Of a stretch of DNA of 64,000 nt, positions 60,064 to 64,000 are shown in pieces; the stretch's first letter is position 1, and each line of letters starts with the position of its first letter. Under the pieces are notes generated by a model. It was not told the origin of the DNA. It saw only the letters and a program-made list of their open reading frames with translations, and searched no databases. The DNA lies in NCBI RefSeq assembly GCF_018350175.1, contig NC_058374.1:45446001-45510000 (forward strand). Direction: 5' to 3'. The stretch comes from Felis catus (taxonomy: Eukaryota). A program made the position numbers and the translations under genes.

Positions 60064-60099
60064 GAGTATTCGAGGTGGTTGCAAATGGCAAGCTTTTGT

Positions 60100-61440
60100 T
60101 TCTTTATTTTTTATGCCAAAGTATCGGCACATCTTGCAGTTGATTTCTAGGTTTATACCACTGTGGTCAGAAAAGACGTTTGACGTGATTTCAGTCTTCT
60201 TAATTTTATCGAGACTTGTTTGTGGCCCCGCATTTGATCTATCCTGGAAAATATTCCATGTACATTTGAGAAGAATGTGTATTCTGTTTCCTTTGGATGG
60301 AATGTTTTGTATATGTCTGTAAGTCCATCTGTTCTTTTATGGTAAGTCTGTTGACAGCAAGTTCTGTTAGCTCTCTTTCATCTGAGGAACTGATTGAGTT
60401 CCTCTTCCTCTTCAGTACTGAAGGATGTTTTCACTGGATATAGCATCCTGGATTGATAGTTGTTTTAATAATTTAAAAGTATTCTGCTACTCCCCTGGTC
60501 TTCATGGTTTCTTTCTTTTTAAAAAAAATTTTTTTTTCATGTTTATTTATTTTTGAAGGAAAGAGAAACAGAGTGTGAGTGGGGGAGGGGCAGAGAGAGT
60601 GAGAGACACAGAATCCGAAGCAGGCTCCAGGCTCTGAGCCATCAGCAGAGCGCGACGCAGGGCCCGAGCTCACAAACAGCGAGATCATGACCTGAGCCGA
60701 AGTTGGACGTTCAACCGACTGAGCCACCCAGGCGCCCCTGGTCTTCATGGTTTCTAATGATACTTCCGCTGATATTCAGATTGTTTTCCCCTATAAGTAA
60801 CATTATTTCTATGTCATTGCTTTCAAGATTTTTTCTTCGTCTTTAATTATCAGAAATTTGACAATGGTGTTTCTTGGTGTAGATTTCCTTGTGCATATCC
60901 TGGTTGGGCTTTGCTCAGCTTTTCAAGCCTATAAGTTTATGGTTTGGGGCCAAATTTGACAACTTTTCAGACATTATTTCTTTGAGTACATTTTCAGGCC
61001 CATCCTCTTTCTTCTCTCTTCCTGGGACTCAGATGACATAGACCTTAGATCATTTGTTACGGTCTCTCACGTCCTTGAGGCTCTACCCATGTTTTTTAAT
61101 TATTTTATCTTGTGTTCTTCAGATTATATGATTTCCATTGATTCAAACTCAAGAGCACCGACTCTTTTCTCTGTCACTTCCTTTCTGCTATTGATTAAAC
61201 TCCAGATTTTTTAATTTTTAAAGTTCAGATTTATATTTTTAGTTCCAAAGTTCATATTTCATTCTTTTATATAGGTTCAATTTCTCTGCTGAGAAGGTAT
61301 TTTTCTTTCCATGTATTTTGAAAGCGTCTACTTTTATCTCAGAGAGGATAGCTATAGCAACTGCTCCAAAGTCTTTGATCATGCCTATATCTAAAGTTTT
61401 TGAGAGTCAGCATTCATTGATGGTTTTACCCCTTGAGAAT
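60100..61440 (-). mobile_element. Old L1 fragments directly after the mucin-like repeat
   Basis: gtggtcagaaaagacgtttgacgtgatttcagtc, atattccatgtacatttgagaagaatgtgtattctg. Confidence 0.7.
60513..60737 (-). mobile_element. CAN-SINE
   Basis: TSD ctggtcttcatggtttct. Confidence 0.93.
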
Positions 61441-62397
61441 TGCTCAGGGTTGTTTGTTTGTTTGTTTGTTTTTAACGTACAGGGATTTGCTCTGTTTCTA
61501 ACTGCCAAAAGGTTTTATAAGGAAAATTTTGGACATCAGAGAATAGAGACAACCACGCTAAATCTTGATCTATCCCCTGGTAGCAAATGGCAGGGGAGTT
61601 TGTCCCACAAACACATTTTCCTTCTTGCAGTTTTCCCCTGGATGGTTCCCTCTGGCCCTTATGAGACAAGGTAGAAGTGTTTAACACCATACTACACACA
61701 CAGATATAAAAATAACAAAAATAAGGGCATTGAGTAGTCCCAAAAGGTCCCACTCAACAAAGTTCAACTTTTTCTTCTTTAATGCAGTGTTCGTTCAGAC
61801 GTTATCAGTTGAACTCGGTCAGTTCTTCATTCTTTTTCCCCGTAACGACAGCAGAGTTAAACATCTGCTTGTTAGGGGCTATGACAGGGGATCCTGAGAT
61901 CTTCTGGGTGCGGATTTGTGGAATGCAGGAGCATGGGGCTAGGTGGAGAGGAATAGCTAGAGTATCTAGGAGGCTTTTTTCTCCTCTGGTCCCAGTGTCT
62001 GCCTCCTTTCCAGTGCACCTCCCAGTGTCTTTGGAGCCTGCAGGTTCAGGTTTTCTCTTTTTTTGCACTCCCTCCTCCCCCCGCCACAGGCCACTGTGGC
62101 TCTATCCTGTATGCCTTAGTGTTTATTGTTGTGCCCGGTGCTTCTCCACCCACCTCCTAGAACCAAGTAGAATGGTGACTTGACCGTCTATATTCAACAG
62201 AGCCCTGGGAGTTTGGGTTCTTACCCTCCTTGGTACTTTGAAACATATCTGGATGAGGGCACAGGGCCTTTGGGGCAGAGCAATCTCAACCTCAACCTAA
62301 ATTCTTAAAGAAACTGAGGTCAGAGTGGAGGGGAAGAAAGGATCAGAGAGATACGGACAAAATGTCTCTATGCCAGGAGCAAAAGACATTGACTTTC

Positions 62398-62635
62398 TTT
62401 TTTTCTTTTTAATTTTTTTAATGTTTATTTATTTTTGAGAGACAGAGAGAGATCAAGTGTGAGCAGGAGAGGGACAGAGAGAGAGAGAGAGAGAGGGAGG
62501 CATAGAATCCCAAGCAGCCTCCAGGATCTGAGCTTTCAGCACAGAACCCAATGCGGGGCTTGAACCCATGAACCATGAGATCATGACCTGAGCTGAAATC
62601 AGATGCTTATCCAAATGAGCCACCCAGGCGCCCCC
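62398..62635 (-). mobile_element. CAN-SINE
   Basis: TSD acatt(g/t)actttc. Confidence 0.9.
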
Positions 62636-64000
62636 ACATTTACTTTCAAAATCAAACACTGCAGTGGCTGCTCATGGCTCAACTGAATAAATAGCTAATG
62701 TTTTAGGTCTACCCAAAGGTCTGTACCAGCTTTGGGAAATCCTTAATCCTTCTATCTGTCACAGAGAGCAAAAAAAAAAAAAAAGTGCCATTTGAGTGGC
62801 ACACTTCAATCCTACCACCTCACTCAGCTTTCAACCACTTCTCAATCCTACTCAATAGTAAGCCACAAAATGGAGGACTGTTTGTTGAATAAATGACTAT
62901 GCAGTTTGGCCAACATGCCAGCTACCAATTCCTATGGACTTCCTCAAATACTATTAATCAGTCTGCAGAGCCCTTGACCTTGTGTCTAGAAGGCCTTTGG
63001 CAGTGCTCCAACTTTATTGCCAAAATAATTTTAAGCTAGTAAAGTAGCCCACCACTTGTAGTACAGAAGACATTAGACTATTTGTCATTCAGAGAAGAGA
63101 AGAAACAGTAGCACCCAGAGGAACATGAGAACACTGGTTCCCCAAGCTTCAATCCCCTCAGGGAGGTAAGATGACAGCCAAATGTCACATGTGCATGCAG
63201 TGAGATGCAACACCAGAGGAATGCTGAAATTAGGAAATTCTGATCTTATAAACGCTGATCGCTGTGGGTGACTTATCTATCTTCTCTTCTGGGGAAAGAA
63301 AGAGACCTTATCTTGACACTGGAGCATAAGCAAATTTCTCTAGGGAGAGAAAGAAGCTCTATCTTTAAACAAATCTGCCCTCTGACCAAGAGGGATACAC
63401 CATTGTAAAATTCCAAGCCTTCGTGCCAGGGCCAGGTCTAGAGTGAGGCAAGAGAGAAAACATTGAAGGAGGTATACCCTTAAAGGGCCCCGAAGCTTGT
63501 TAAATTTTGCCCCCTCGCTACCTTGCTTACTTCCCTCTAGCCCAGGTCTGGCCATTTGCTAATCAAGCACACTCTTTACACAGAAAAGAAGACATAGGCC
63601 ATGCAGAAGTGCAACACATCCAGGGAGATTTTCTCCCAACACATGTCACAAAGATCACGTTGACCTAAGGTGCTCAGCATCGTGGAGTCTACTGAATCAC
63701 GGTGTCTATCATGATCTGTGACAATGACGCTAAATTACCTACCCTCTGAGCATCATACAGTCAACCTGGGGTTGCCTATACCCATAATATTTCTAGTGCT
63801 TCTAATATTCCTTCCATAGGAGTATTAAATTAGTTACTTGGAGAGGGAGTGGTACAGTTACCCCGTTTAGGATAATTCTGCTTAACTTCTGCCTTATATG
63901 TTGTGAGTAGTTGTTCAGTTTCGAAGAGACTGCTCACGAAACGTGCAACAGCTAGAGGCACTGGGCACCGGCTATTAACCAAGTGTCTCCATTTAGTATC

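Noticed and set aside
146-62659. Dozens of 60-145 aa ORFs such as MAQSVKRPTSAQVMIS... and RERETQNRKQAPGSE...
   Set aside because: Translations of CAN-SINE copies on either strand, not genes.

Overview
Eukaryotic genomic DNA from a cat-family (Felidae) animal, judged from about 50 CAN-SINEs including the young felid SINEC_Fc type and felid L1 3' ends. The window covers the proximal part of the bitter taste receptor (TAS2R) cluster syntenic with human 12p13.2. Six single-exon TAS2R loci lie on the minus strand. Four are intact ORFs (TAS2R7, TAS2R9, TAS2R10, TAS2R12) and two are multiply disabled pseudogenes (TAS2R8P and a TAS2R11-like locus carrying L1 and SINE insertions). Most of the rest is SINE, L1, L2, MIR, LTR and DNA-transposon sequence, plus a U6 snRNA retrocopy and one 179-N gap. 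The most interesting signals are: (1) a degenerate 18-bp Thr/Ser/Pro-coding mucin-like repeat at 59.6-60.1 kb with a phase-compatible upstream mini-exon, probably a decayed secreted mucin-like gene; (2) a 2-kb two-LTR provirus with tRNA-Arg PBS and PPT but no coding genes; (3) C-terminal stop loss in TAS2R9 and stop gain in TAS2R10; (4) repeated re-use of retrotransposon target sites and a shared L1 truncation point. There are no prokaryotic features, rRNA, true tRNA genes or CRISPR arrays. Gene and repeat family names come from my recall of the families, not from a database search. Repeat boundaries are approximate unless target-site duplications (TSDs) are quoted.
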